From the NCBI GenBank assembly GCA_030649055.1, contig JAUSGH010000002.1, positions 5,357 to 69,356 of the forward strand: a stretch of DNA of 64,000 nt. The letters are read 5' to 3'. This document shows, piece by piece, positions 9,468 to 19,218 of this stretch. The translations under genes and the position numbers were made by a program. The notes under the pieces are model-generated. The model ran no database searches, was not told the DNA's origin, and was given only the letters and a program-made list of their open reading frames with translations. The DNA comes from a bacterium. GTDB taxonomy: Bacteria; Patescibacteriota; Minisyncoccia; UBA6257; JAUSGH01. Each line of letters opens with the position of its first letter. Within the stretch, counting starts at the first letter, position 1.

Positions 9468-9776
9468 ATGCGTCGCTGTTTTACGCAATGCGGAAAGCAA
9501 GTCAGTGGTGAGGGTCTCACACTCGAATACCGGTATGGCGGCGACGCAGAGGAGGTTCGCTTTTGCTTCAAGGTAGTCGCTGTTGACCCCAAAACACTTC
9601 CGAAAGACCACGAAGCGCCGGTCGTCGGAACACTACTGCCGTTCTACCCGACATACACGGAAGGTGGAATGGCCCCTACATACCTTGAAACATGGCCGGA
9701 GATGGAACCCGGTTCGCTTCCCCGCCTCAAGATCGACGATCTTTACGGAGACAAGCCGGTGCTCACGTTCATCTAG
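9468..9776 (+). CDS. Hypothetical protein (orphan cassette)
   Basis: TTGCGA-N17-TACAAT promoter, SD AAGGAG, terminator hairpin at ~9823-9851. Confidence 0.6.
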   Translation: MRRCFTQCGKQVSGEGLTLEYRYGGDAEEVRFCFKVVAVDPKTLPKDHEAPVVGTLLPFYPTYTEGGMAPTYLETWPEMEPGSLPRLKIDDLYGDKPVLTFI

Positions 9777-9907
9777 TCCGCGGCTTCAACGGCAAACCGC
9801 CACTTCTTCCCCGCCCATAAAGGTCCCGCGCATCGCACTCCGATGCGCGGGCATTTCCTTTTGCGACCAATCAGCCATAATAAAATCACTAATTAAAAAA
9901 TTAATAT

Positions 9908-10450
9908 ATGGACAACAATCAACAAACTCCGGTGGGTTCACGAACAAAAACAGTAACATACGTCGTCGGCGCGGTCATTTTGCTTTTGATCATTTCCGGT
10001 TTGATCGGAAACCGCTTCGGGAAAAACGCCGTAGAGAAAGCGCTTGAAGCGCAGACCGGCGGCGATGTTACGGTAAACACCGACGCAAGCGGAGCAACAA
10101 CCGTTGAAACCAGTCAAGGAACATTTTCCACAGGAGGCGTGATGCCGAAAAACTGGCCATCAGACGCGCCAACATATCCCAAGGCAAGCATCACATACTC
10201 AGGGGCGGTAAATGATCCGTCGGGCACATCCGGCATCAGCGTTTCACTCACCACCACGGACTCCGTACAACAAGTCACCGATTATTTCGCTCAAGCATTA
10301 ACATCCGCCGGCTGGGAAATCGTATCAAACACCAAAATCCCTAGCGGCGGCTCCGTGCAAGCAAAAAAAGGCGCCCGGATATTCGCAGTCATCGCAATGC
10401 GGCTGGGAGAAAAAACAAATATTACGCTCGTAAGCGGAAGCACGAAATAA
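9908..10450 (+). CDS. Membrane-anchored hypothetical surface protein
   Basis: N-terminal TM segment; MPKNWPSDAPTYP...DYF...L...GW pattern seen in membrane-anchored proteins. Confidence 0.7.
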   Translation: MDNNQQTPVGSRTKTVTYVVGAVILLLIISGLIGNRFGKNAVEKALEAQTGGDVTVNTDASGATTVETSQGTFSTGGVMPKNWPSDAPTYPKASITYSGAVNDPSGTSGISVSLTTTDSVQQVTDYFAQALTSAGWEIVSNTKIPSGGSVQAKKGARIFAVIAMRLGEKTNITLVSGSTK

Positions 10451-10487
10451 TCGCCGCTTTTCTTTCTTGCTTCATTGTTTTCTTGAT

Positions 10488-10913
10488 TTATCGCTGCACC
10501 TCCTCTCCCTCCGCGATCATCCGGTCAAGCTCCTCCATCACGTCATCCGGTATCGGAATTGCCTTGCCGGGCTTACTTATCCCCGGATACCTCCACGCGC
10601 TGATGATAGTCATTTTTGGTTTGCATAGCGACACCCGCAGCGCCTCCAGTTTTGCGTCCCCATGCTTTATTGTTTTATTGCTTTGTTGCTTTTTTGCCTC
10701 CTGTACCATCACCCAAATTTCCTCCTTGCGCCTCGGCGTATCATTCCGCTGCATCACCGCCACCGTGTTCGGCGCGACTCCCTCCTCGCGCCGCGTGCCA
10801 TTCTTAATCACGCGCCGAATACGCCCCTCGCCGAGGCCATAGTGGATCATTTTACTTTTCACATGCGACGTCCAATGCGTAGCAGTATCATCTTTTGGAA
10901 ATCGTAGCAACAT
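10488..10913 (-). CDS. Hypothetical protein (DUF4258/RelE-like fold suspected)
   Basis: HWTSHVKSKM...RIRRVI...EIWVM...IISAWRY pattern. Confidence 0.6.
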   Translation of the reverse strand: MLLRFPKDDTATHWTSHVKSKMIHYGLGEGRIRRVIKNGTRREEGVAPNTVAVMQRNDTPRRKEEIWVMVQEAKKQQSNKTIKHGDAKLEALRVSLCKPKMTIISAWRYPGISKPGKAIPIPDDVMEELDRMIAEGEEVQR

Positions 10914-10940
10914 GTATCAAAAGCATAAGACAAAGACATA

Positions 10941-11060
10941 TAAAAATGAAGAAGCCCGCTTGCGCGGTCTTCCTCACGAGGACTGAGATCTCTCTAGCAG
11001 CACATTGCTGCACTGCGCGATCCTTCCTTACGGTTGAACCTTCTGTTCCTCTATCCTCAC
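10941..11060 (-). ncRNA. Candidate ~120-nt small RNA
   Basis: TTGACA (11088-11093) with a weak -10; ends in a GCAA-tetraloop hairpin plus T-run; no convincing ORF. Confidence 0.3.
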
Positions 11061-11112
11061 CTGTAATGGTGAACCAACGCGCCAAGTTGTCAAACGGGGG
11101 GTGTGGATAAGT

Positions 11113-11508
11113 TTACGGCAGCAAAAACCGCACCGGCACCTCCACCGCCGCATCGTGTTCCAGCAAACCGCTCGGGTTGTCTTTTTGAAACACGACTTTG
11201 CCGGTTGGCGTTCCGGGCGCGCGAAACTCCACGCTACCGGAAAACGGCACAAAATCCTCGGTCATCCACTCATCCTCGGCTTGCGCAATACCAACGCCAA
11301 GCTCCGCCCCGCTCGCGTCAAAAACGCGCACCGGAAAACTCGCTTCAAAAAACCAATACCCCCGCGCCTTGCCGGAAAATGCAAGCGGGCTTGCAATGAC
11401 GTCATCGGCTTTCGGAGTAAAAATCACTATCAGCGGCCGCTCACGCCACAACAGTAAAAAAATAAAGACGATCGCCGCAACCGCAGTGAGAATGAGTAGC
11501 TTTTTCAT
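11113..11508 (-). CDS. Gmad2-like immunoglobulin domain protein
   Basis: SPL.FSGKARGYWFFEASFPV...WMTEDFVPF...KDNPSGL signature; N-terminal TM segment. Confidence 0.8.
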   Translation of the reverse strand: MKKLLILTAVAAIVFIFLLLWRERPLIVIFTPKADDVIASPLAFSGKARGYWFFEASFPVRVFDASGAELGVGIAQAEDEWMTEDFVPFSGSVEFRAPGTPTGKVVFQKDNPSGLLEHDAAVEVPVRFLLP

Positions 11509-11596
11509 GAGATATTTTTATTATATACAAATTTTGAGAGTTTTGTTATGCTATGGGCAGTATCCCGCCTGCATGAATCTGAAGGGAGTATAAGTT

Positions 11597-12199
11597 ATGA
11601 ACGGACTCGAAACCCCTGCGGTGGAATGGAGTGAGCGGCTAGGAACGCCAAACGGCGTACAGATTGCCCAGGTACTCCGACACTTCCACGAACGGCCCAT
11701 GCTTCTTGCGCCACCGGTTGATCATCTCGAGACAACGGCACGACCGTTTCTTGAAGCGATCGGTGTGAGCTGCAGCGACATCGCCGCCCTGACACTTGCG
11801 GACATCAAGAACAACCCGAACATCACGCTGACCAGCAGCTTTGCCGACATCGTCTGGAAGTGGGGCAATCTCCGCGAGCGCGCGGAAGAGTATGACGACG
11901 GCGGCGTTTCGGCGCTAGAAGTCATAAACACCGCGGCGTGCATGCTGGAGGAACGGCTCGCGAGGCCGATCTTCTGGGAAATCAGCCACGGATTGCCGCA
12001 CGGCACTGTACTGTCGCAAAATATCCAGACAGCAATGTTTGAAGGACTCTCCTTCACACTGATACACCTCGTCATCCTGCTCTCCATCGGCGACGGAGAT
12101 AGCGCCGAAACGCTTGGGCCGTGGTGCACGTTCTACCTGAACGGCAACATTCCCCTCGGCGTGAACGAGCATGACACGTTCCTGTTCCTCACGCGGTAG
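11597..12199 (+). CDS. Hypothetical protein (orphan cassette)
   Basis: 200-aa ORF, SD GGGAG, terminator hairpin plus T-run at ~12227-12261. Confidence 0.65.
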   Translation: MNGLETPAVEWSERLGTPNGVQIAQVLRHFHERPMLLAPPVDHLETTARPFLEAIGVSCSDIAALTLADIKNNPNITLTSSFADIVWKWGNLRERAEEYDDGGVSALEVINTAACMLEERLARPIFWEISHGLPHGTVLSQNIQTAMFEGLSFTLIHLVILLSIGDGDSAETLGPWCTFYLNGNIPLGVNEHDTFLFLTR

Positions 12200-12303
12200 A
12201 ACCCCGCGAGCCGCAAACAGCCGCGAAGCCCCCGCCACCTCGGCGCGGGGCTTCTTCTTTTGAGACGCAAACAGGGAATCCATCGCTTATTAAAATTCCC
12301 GCC

Positions 12304-12339
12304 GTTATACCCTCATTCGCGCGAATGGTGGAATGATAA
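12304..12339. repeat. GTTATACCCTCATTCGCGCGAATG repeat family
   Basis: Related copies at ~12762-12825, 13131-13176 (inverted) and 16146-16171. Confidence 0.65.
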
Positions 12340-12341
12340 GT

Positions 12342-12370
12342 TTGACATCCGCGCCGCCATCAGTTATCAT
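12342..12370 (+). promoter_or_regulatory. sigma70 promoter TTGACA-N17-TATCAT
   Basis: Perfect -35 and near-consensus -10 upstream of the 12422 gene. Confidence 0.75.
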
Positions 12371-12421
12371 ATACGACAGTAAGTGGCAATCATTCGGTTA
12401 TCACCTGTTGGAGAAAATCCG

Positions 12422-12688
12422 ATGGACACCCTGATAATCCTCGGTTCCATCTTCGGATGGCTCGCCATTGGCTTCGCGCACACCTCGCTCCAGCTTCACG
12501 CAACCCATGCGGCATTCGGCCGCAAGGATCGGTTTGTGGAGACGATCTGCGGACCCATCGCGCAAGTACTGGACAATTACGCGATCCTCTACATTCTCCT
12601 AGGTCCCGCGGGTCTCCTGTTCACGGGAACGTGGATCAGGCTCCGCGCGACGGTATCCGAGCCGATACCTCAGCCGACTAACAAGTAG
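12422..12688 (+). CDS. Small two-TM membrane protein (orphan cassette)
   Basis: SD GGAG, two hydrophobic segments, terminator hairpin at ~12707-12745. Confidence 0.6.
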   Translation: MDTLIILGSIFGWLAIGFAHTSLQLHATHAAFGRKDRFVETICGPIAQVLDNYAILYILLGPAGLLFTGTWIRLRATVSEPIPQPTNK

Positions 12689-12845
12689 CCCCATCCGTCC
12701 CTCGACCCACCACCCCGCGGTAGCCCTAGGCTACTCGGGGTGGTCTTAATTTTGCCAAAACCGTTATACTCTCATTCGCTCATTCGTGCGCCTGCCCGCC
12801 TCTGGAGGGAATGGTGGAATGATAAACAGAAAAATATTACAACCA

Positions 12846-13115
12846 CTATAGCAACGAGATGATATATTTTGCGGCCGGCTCTTGCTGTGTCGCGAGCCGA
12901 TAAAACACCCGCGAGCTATGCTGTGTCTTTTCTATGATGTTCGCGGCGCTCAATACGCCAAGATGCTTTGACGTCGCCTTGAGTGAAAGATCGATTTCCT
13001 CGGCGATACTGCCAACGAACGCCGATTGGTGTCGCTTGATATACTCCACAATCGCAAGGCGACGTTTGTTTGCTAGCGCCTTGAGTACGCGTTCCAAATT
13101 TTTTATATTTTGCAT
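12846..13115 (-). CDS. ArsR/SmtB family transcriptional regulator
   Basis: LKALANKRRLAIV...VGSIAEEIDLSLKATSKHLGVL...VFYRL winged-HTH pattern. Confidence 0.85.
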   Translation of the reverse strand: MQNIKNLERVLKALANKRRLAIVEYIKRHQSAFVGSIAEEIDLSLKATSKHLGVLSAANIIEKTQHSSRVFYRLATQQEPAAKYIISLL

Positions 13116-13186
13116 ACGTTTCACTATATACCATTCCACCGCATTCTACCATTCGCGCGAATGAGGGTATACGTAACGCCGCGATA

Positions 13187-14464
13187 TTAATATTTACGCA
13201 ATCTGGAACGTAGTTCGCGATGGTACTTCACCGCAAACCGGTGTGCTTCGTCGCGGACGCGGATGAGCATATCGCGATTACGCGCGACTGCGGTGTGGAG
13301 TTCGTGCGGATAGAAAAAGTCGTTGCGCTTGCGCTCTGGCCCCTTAGCGATGCCGACAACCGGCACGGGCAGTTTCAACTCCGCAATCACCGCGCGCGCG
13401 GCATTCACCTGCGGCAATCCCCCGTCAATCAAAAGCAAATCAGGCATCGGCCACTCATCGTGCGTAAATCGCCGACGCAGCACTTCCGCAAGCATCCCGA
13501 CATCGTTTGAGCCGATAATTGTTTTAATCCGAAACTTGCGATATTCGTTTTTATCTGGCGCGCCATCGGTGAACACCACCATAGAACCGACCGCCGAAGT
13601 GCCGCTGACGTGCGAAATGTCGTAGCCCTCAACACGATGAAAGTCGTTTTCTCGCGTCGCTTTATCACCCAATACCGCAATGTCGTGAATATGCTGCAAC
13701 GCCGCGATGCGCCGACGGATAACGACGGCTTCCTCAAATTTTAATTCTCGCGACAACACCCGCATCTCGCGCGTCAGATCGCGCAAAATCTTTTGCTTTT
13801 TCCCCTCAAAAAACGCGATAAGCTGCCGGATGATTTTTTTATAATCGCGAGATGTGATGACGCCAGCGCACGTCCCGGGACAAAGGCCGATTTGATAATT
13901 AAAACACGGCTTCAGTTTCGGTTGTCCTTCGATAAACTCAGGAACTAATTTTTTTATTTTATTGCCTGAGCTTGTCGAAGGCGTACCTTTGTTTATCTCG
14001 TGACTACTCCACGGAAAAATCCTGCGCAGAATATGCAACGCCTCACGCAGTGACGCGGCGGAAGTAAACGGCCCGAAGCGGCCAAGCGGCCTATCGTGCG
14101 ACAGCGCCTCGCGCTCACGAAGCAACAACACGCGCGGAAATACCTCGCGGGTAATCACGACATAGAGAAAACTCCGGTCGTCCTTTTCCAGCACATTATA
14201 CTGCGGCTGATACTTCTTAATGAGCCGCGCCTCCAAAATCAGCGCCTCAATGACGGTGTCTGTTTGTTCAACATCAACCCTTGCCACTTCGCTAACCATT
14301 TTTGCAATCCGCAACTCCTGTGGCCTCTGGAAGTATGAGAGTACCCTCCTCTTCAAATTCGCCGCCTTCCCGACATACAGAACCCGCCCGTGCGTGTCCT
14401 TCATAAAGTAAACACCGGGAGTTAACGGAAGTTGTTTTTTTAATTTTTTGATGTCAATAGACAT
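13187..14464 (-). CDS. uvrC: Excinuclease ABC subunit C (short form, no C-terminal HhH), with an in-frame repeat insertion
   Basis: GIY-YIG (PGVYFM...YVGKAANLKRRV), Cys cluster, UVR domain, EGYDISH, IDGG, RDEAHRFA. Confidence 0.92.
   Translation of the reverse strand: MSIDIKKLKKQLPLTPGVYFMKDTHGRVLYVGKAANLKRRVLSYFQRPQELRIAKMVSEVARVDVEQTDTVIEALILEARLIKKYQPQYNVLEKDDRSFLYVVITREVFPRVLLLREREALSHDRPLGRFGPFTSAASLREALHILRRIFPWSSHEINKGTPSTSSGNKIKKLVPEFIEGQPKLKPCFNYQIGLCPGTCAGVITSRDYKKIIRQLIAFFEGKKQKILRDLTREMRVLSRELKFEEAVVIRRRIAALQHIHDIAVLGDKATRENDFHRVEGYDISHVSGTSAVGSMVVFTDGAPDKNEYRKFRIKTIIGSNDVGMLAEVLRRRFTHDEWPMPDLLLIDGGLPQVNAARAVIAELKLPVPVVGIAKGPERKRNDFFYPHELHTAVARNRDMLIRVRDEAHRFAVKYHRELRSRLRKY
13926..13981. 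repeat. REP-like doublet inside uvrC (encodes [19 protein letters not shown])
   Basis: ccttcgataaactcagg...cctgagcttgtcgaagg within the open frame. Confidence 0.85.
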
Positions 14465-14651
14465 AACACGGGCAGAATTTCTAATTTCAAATTACTAATT
14501 AATGACAAAATAAGCTACACGCCGGGGGTGGTGGGGAGAGATTTTTTGAGGTGAGGGAGGGTCATTATTATAAAAATTCAAAAGTAAAAATTTAAGAACT
14601 CTGTAAGAGAATACGAGAATTGGGTTGCTAACACGAACTAAATCCAAAGGC

Positions 14652-16091
14652 TCACTGCTGAGTCAATGCGACCCCTGTTACCCCATTAACGATTGCTATA
14701 ATCTCTCTCGTACCCGGCCCTGACGGGTAATAAACGAAGTTAGCGGACGGTTTTCCGTCAACGCTGCTCAAAAGAGTGGGGCAAGAAATATTTGGCCCCT
14801 GCATTTGCGCCCCAGAGTTACTGCTTATTCCGCCGCTACAAAAACGATTCAATTCCGGAAAACGATCGATATAGGCGGACCCGATAAACATCCCACCATC
14901 AGCAGCACTAATCGTAACCTTGTTGGCGGCAACTCTTTGGTCGAATTCAAAATAAAAAACTTCTATACTGCAAACCTTTTTATTGTCCATATCTATTCGA
15001 CAAGGTGATGGATTTACGATAACCGCCGCATAGTTTTTTGTTGATCTCGTCGAAAGAGTTCCGTGTGTTTTTGCAACTTCTATGCCAATAACAGATTCAA
15101 TCTCGTATGAATAGCTAGTATTGTGCTCTAAATTAGATACGTGAACTATATGGCGAGTAGATAATCCCGACTCGGAATCATAAATCTTCGGTGGTAAATT
15201 CCCGCTTGAAAGAAAAACTTTTGAATTAGTCGGTTTATTTGTCATCCATTCAAATAACATCGCATCAAATGTTGAGGTGGCATTTATTAATGTAATTTCG
15301 AGTGGTTTTACCGTGGTTGATGTAGTCACTGGAGTTGGTGTGACTACTTGCGGCGCAAAGGACGGGGTAGTAGATTTTGTTGGAACTATCGGTGCTACGA
15401 CCCTTTTCTTGTTCTCCTCTACTTCTTTTTTAATCAACTCGCTCTTCAGTTCTTCAACCTCCTGTTTTAATTTCTCAACTTCGGTTACTTGTTTTTCCTC
15501 ATCTTTTGCTTTCAGCTCCGCCACTTCCCGCCTCAATTTCTCAACCTCGCCTTTGAGTTCAACGATCTGTTTCGCCGCTTCTTCTTGGCCTTTTTTGCTT
15601 GCTTCAATGGCTTGCTCAATCGCCGCCCTCGCTTCCTCCGGAACCCTAATCAAAACAGCAGATAACACTTCCTGATTTCTTGAGGCACCATCCTCAATCG
15701 CGGCAAACAAACTTTCCGCTTGTCCTTTGTCCTTAACTTCTTTGGACTTTTCTGTCGCCAAGGCAACGTTACCTTCATAGTCCGCGATAGCCGCTTTGAC
15801 CGCGTCCGGATTTTTATCTCCTGCGATGGCTTCTACCTCTGCCAACCGCTCGTCGGCGTACTCTAGTGCCTTTTTAGCTTTCGCTTCGGGATTGAATGAA
15901 AAAAATAGAGCGATCTTTTCAGAAACCGTATCAAAAATATAGAAAAAACTGCCCGGCTTTACACCTGCGGTTGTGGCGGCGAAGGCAGAAACTGGCAGTA
16001 TCAAAGCAATAGACAAAATAAATAAATGTAAGATTGCCACGGGTACGACCGCGGTCGACCCTCGCAATGACGAAATAGAGGATGTTTTCAT
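14652..16091 (-). CDS. DUF5667-like secreted protein with coiled coil, P/T linker and FN3/Ig-like C-terminal domains
   Basis: AGVKPGSFFYIFD..EKI.LFF.F....KA...L.YADERLAE motif; W.TNKPTNSKV...H.V....L...TSY.Y. Start codon uncertain. Confidence 0.7.
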   Translation of the reverse strand: MKTSSISSLRGSTAVVPVAILHLFILSIALILPVSAFAATTAGVKPGSFFYIFDTVSEKIALFFSFNPEAKAKKALEYADERLAEVEAIAGDKNPDAVKAAIADYEGNVALATEKSKEVKDKGQAESLFAAIEDGASRNQEVLSAVLIRVPEEARAAIEQAIEASKKGQEEAAKQIVELKGEVEKLRREVAELKAKDEEKQVTEVEKLKQEVEELKSELIKKEVEENKKRVVAPIVPTKSTTPSFAPQVVTPTPVTTSTTVKPLEITLINATSTFDAMLFEWMTNKPTNSKVFLSSGNLPPKIYDSESGLSTRHIVHVSNLEHNTSYSYEIESVIGIEVAKTHGTLSTRSTKNYAAVIVNPSPCRIDMDNKKVCSIEVFYFEFDQRVAANKVTISAADGGMFIGSAYIDRFPELNRFCSGGISSNSGAQMQGPNISCPTLLSSVDGKPSANFVYYPSGPGTREIIAIVNGVTGVALTQQ

Positions 16092-16190
16092 GAATATAAG
16101 CATATACCGTTTCTTGCTTTTTTGCAACCGCCAGTCATTAAACTCGTTATACCCTCATTCGTGCGAATGAGTCCATGACCTAAAATCAAA

Positions 16191-16468
16191 AGCGCGCGGC
16201 GCTACATTATCATCACTCTCCTCCCCCAAGATGCAGAGCGCATGGAGGCAACCCTTCTTTTGAGCCAGCATGTTGGAGCGAGGGCAGCACTGCGCGAAGC
16301 GGAAAACCGCGACGTCGGAACAATGGCGCTGTATGAATCCCGAAACCGAGCAGTCGCCCGAGGCGACTGCTCGTGAAGGTTGAGTTCGCCTTGTTTCGGT
16401 AACGTGCGCGGTTTGTAGCGAGCAGCAGTGCTCCGAGCGGAAACCGCTGGAGAGAAAGGAGGGTTGCC
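16191..16468 (+). ncRNA. Repeated structured element, copy B
   Basis: Same conserved cores as copy A; the outer stems have different sequence but still pair (rod 16247-16468). Confidence 0.7.
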
Positions 16469-16509
16469 GACAGAGACAGAGATCCTTCGCTTCACTCAGG
16501 ATGACATAC

Positions 16510-19125
16510 CTAGCGCAGCACTTTCCTCAAATATTCTCCCGTAAAACTCCCCTTTGCCCTCGCAATAGTTTCCGGAGTGCCGACCGCCACCACCTCCCCT
16601 CCCTTCTCTCCTCCCTCCGGCCCCAAATCAATCACCCAATCCGCGGTTTTGATGACGTCCAGGTTGTGCTCAATAACGACAACCGTGTTGCCGCGATCCA
16701 CGAGCCGATGCAGAATCTTCAAAAGATTTTCAATGTCGGCGAAATGCAATCCCGTTGTCGGCTCATCCAACAAGTACAATGTGCGGCCGGTGTCGCGCTT
16801 CGCGAGTTCCGTAGAAAGTTTGATGCGCTGGGCTTCGCCGCCGGAAAGCGTTGTGGCGCTCTGCCCCAACCGTAAGTATCCCAGCCCCACTTCGTTCACA
16901 ATCTTCAACCGGTCATACACCCACGGAATGTCGCGAAAAAACACCACCGCCTCCTCCACCGTCATCTGCAGAATGTCGTAGATATTTTTGCCTTTGTAGT
17001 CCACCTCCAACGTTTCGCGGTCAAAACGTTTTCCTTTACACACATCGCACTGCACAAACACCGTCGGCAAAAAATGCATTTCAATCGCAATCGTGCCGTT
17101 GCCCTCGCAATGTTCACACCGCCCGCCGGGCACGTTGAAACTAAACCTTCCGACTTTCCACCCCCTTATACGGGCCTCCGCCGTTGAAGCAAAAAGATCG
17201 CGGATATAACTCCACGCGCCGATGTAGGTCGCGGGGTTTGACCGCGGCGTGCGGCCGATTGCTCCCTGGTCAATGGAGATGATGTTATTCAAGTATTCCA
17301 AGCCGAGAATGGCATTCAATGGATGTTTGTAGCCCTTCGACTCCCCGCCCGCTGGCGGTTCGCTCAGGGAATAATGATTAAACTTACGCGAAAGCGTTTT
17401 CTCCAGCACGTCATACACGAGTGTGCTTTTGCCCGAACCGGAAACGCCCGTCACCGCCACAAAACGCCGCAATGGGATGTCCACGTTGATATTTTTTAAG
17501 TTATTCGCCGAGGCGCCGCGGATTTTGAGCATGTCCCTATCAATCATTCGGCGCTTTTGCGGCACCGGAATTTTTTTATCGCCGCGGAGATAATCCACGG
17601 TCAATGACTTGCCCTTCGGCGTTCCTTTGCCGAGCACTTCTTTAAGCGGCCCCGCAACCACGATATTGCCGCCGTGTACTCCGGCAGCAGGGCCGATGTC
17701 CACCAAATAATCCGCCGTACGGATAGTGTCCTCGTCGTGTTCAACAACAATGACGGTATTCCCCAGATCGCGCAGTTGCTTTAAGGTCGCGAGCAGCTTA
17801 TCGTTATCGCGCTGATGCAGACCGATGGTCGGCTCGTCCAAAATATAGAGCGTGCCCACCAGCCGCGATCCGATCTGCGAAGCCAGCCGGATGCGCTGCG
17901 ACTCCCCTCCCGAGAGCGTTCCGGCTCTGCGGTCCAACGTCAGATAATCTAACCCCACATCCAACATAAATTTCAGCCGATTTCTGATTTCTTTAAGCGG
18001 CACTTCCGCGATTTCCGCCGCCGCTTTTTTTACCTTATTACCCAACAGATCAAAAAAATCGTACGCATGGCCCACGGAAAGCCCCGTAAGGTCGGCGATG
18101 TTTTTATTGTTGATGAGCACGTTCAGCGCCTCCGGCTTCAGACGTTTGCCTTTGCATTGCGGACAAATCTCTTCGGACCACACATCCACTACCCCCAAAC
18201 CGTGGCACGCCTCGCAGGCGCCATATGGGCTGTTAAATGAAAAGAGCCGCGGCTCAATTTCCGGAAACGCGAAATTGTCCTTCGGGCATGAAAACTTTGA
18301 GGAGAGCGTGAATTCTTTTTCTCCGATGATAAACGTCGCGACATCGTTGCCGTACTTCAAAGCGCTTTCCACCGCTTCCGCAAGCCGCGCGCGCACGTCT
18401 TTGACGCCGAAGTTTAATCCGGCGGGCATGTGGTCAACAATAAGCTCAATCGTGTGCTGTTTATACCGCGAAAGTTCAATGCGGCTGTGGAGCGACAATA
18501 TTTTCCCGTCAACGCGCACCTCCCCGAAACCGCCGTTCAAAAAGTCATAGAGCAGTTGATAATATTCCCCCTTGCGTCCAATGACCGCCGGAGCGAGCAC
18601 TATAATCTCTTGCTTGGCAGCGGTAGCCCCTCGACTGTGCTCGGGGACTATTTTATCGTTACTCCCTGAGCTTGTCGAAGGGTTACCTTTACTCGCAACT
18701 TCGATGACGGTATCAACAATTTCCTCCGGCGTCATTTTGCGGATTTCGTCTCCGCACGTCGGACAATACGGCTTGCCGATACGGGCAAACAGCACGCGGA
18801 GGTAGTCATAGATTTCCGTGAGCGTCGCGACGGTTGAGCGCGGATTGCCGGAATGGCTTTTCTGGTCAATAGAAATGGCAGGAGAGAGTCCCTCAATTTC
18901 ATCAACGTCCGGCTTATCCATTTTTCCCAAAAACTGCCGCGCGTACGCGGAAAGCGACTCTATGTAGCGCCGCTGACCCTCGGCAAAAATAGTGTCAAAA
19001 GCAAGCGATGACTTCCCCGAACCGGAAAGTCCCGTGAAGACGATTAAACTGTTACGCGGCAGCTCAAGAGAAATATTCTTGAGATTATGCTCGCGGGCGC
19101 CTTTGATAATGATTTTGTCGTTCAT
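16510..19125 (-). CDS. uvrA: Excinuclease ABC subunit A (insertion domain absent; two in-frame repeat insertions)
   Basis: [54 protein letters not shown], zinc fingers. Confidence 0.97.
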   Translation of the reverse strand: MNDKIIIKGAREHNLKNISLELPRNSLIVFTGLSGSGKSSLAFDTIFAEGQRRYIESLSAYARQFLGKMDKPDVDEIEGLSPAISIDQKSHSGNPRSTVATLTEIYDYLRVLFARIGKPYCPTCGDEIRKMTPEEIVDTVIEVASKGNPSTSSGSNDKIVPEHSRGATAAKQEIIVLAPAVIGRKGEYYQLLYDFLNGGFGEVRVDGKILSLHSRIELSRYKQHTIELIVDHMPAGLNFGVKDVRARLAEAVESALKYGNDVATFIIGEKEFTLSSKFSCPKDNFAFPEIEPRLFSFNSPYGACEACHGLGVVDVWSEEICPQCKGKRLKPEALNVLINNKNIADLTGLSVGHAYDFFDLLGNKVKKAAAEIAEVPLKEIRNRLKFMLDVGLDYLTLDRRAGTLSGGESQRIRLASQIGSRLVGTLYILDEPTIGLHQRDNDKLLATLKQLRDLGNTVIVVEHDEDTIRTADYLVDIGPAAGVHGGNIVVAGPLKEVLGKGTPKGKSLTVDYLRGDKKIPVPQKRRMIDRDMLKIRGASANNLKNINVDIPLRRFVAVTGVSGSGKSTLVYDVLEKTLSRKFNHYSLSEPPAGGESKGYKHPLNAILGLEYLNNIISIDQGAIGRTPRSNPATYIGAWSYIRDLFASTAEARIRGWKVGRFSFNVPGGRCEHCEGNGTIAIEMHFLPTVFVQCDVCKGKRFDRETLEVDYKGKNIYDILQMTVEEAVVFFRDIPWVYDRLKIVNEVGLGYLRLGQSATTLSGGEAQRIKLSTELAKRDTGRTLYLLDEPTTGLHFADIENLLKILHRLVDRGNTVVVIEHNLDVIKTADWVIDLGPEGGEKGGEVVAVGTPETIARAKGSFTGEYLRKVLR
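17333..17369. repeat. Single REP-like unit inside uvrA (encodes [13 protein letters not shown])
   Basis: cccttcgact-ccccgcccgctggcgg-ttcgctcaggg. Confidence 0.75.
18628..18681. repeat. REP-like doublet inside uvrA (encodes [18 protein letters not shown])
   Basis: ccctcgactgtgctcggg...cctgagcttgtcgaagg. Confidence 0.85.
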
Positions 19126-19138
19126 GGGTTATTGTAAC

Positions 19139-19217
19139 GCTTCGACTTCGGTCCGACGGACATCGGACCTTCGCTCAGCGAATAAAACTTTATTGCCTGA
19201 GTTTATCGAAGGCTTAC
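19139..19217. repeat. REP-like doublet between uvrB and uvrA
   Basis: gcttcgacttc-ggtccgacggacatcggacc-ttcgctcagc ... gcctgagtttatcgaaggc. Confidence 0.8.
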
Positions 19218-19218
19218 C

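Noticed and set aside
9468-12688. Orphan genes as integron cassettes or a prophage remnant
   Set aside because: No attC (RYYYAAC/GTTRRRY) pairs, integrase or phage structural genes; mixed orientations and interleaving with core genes.
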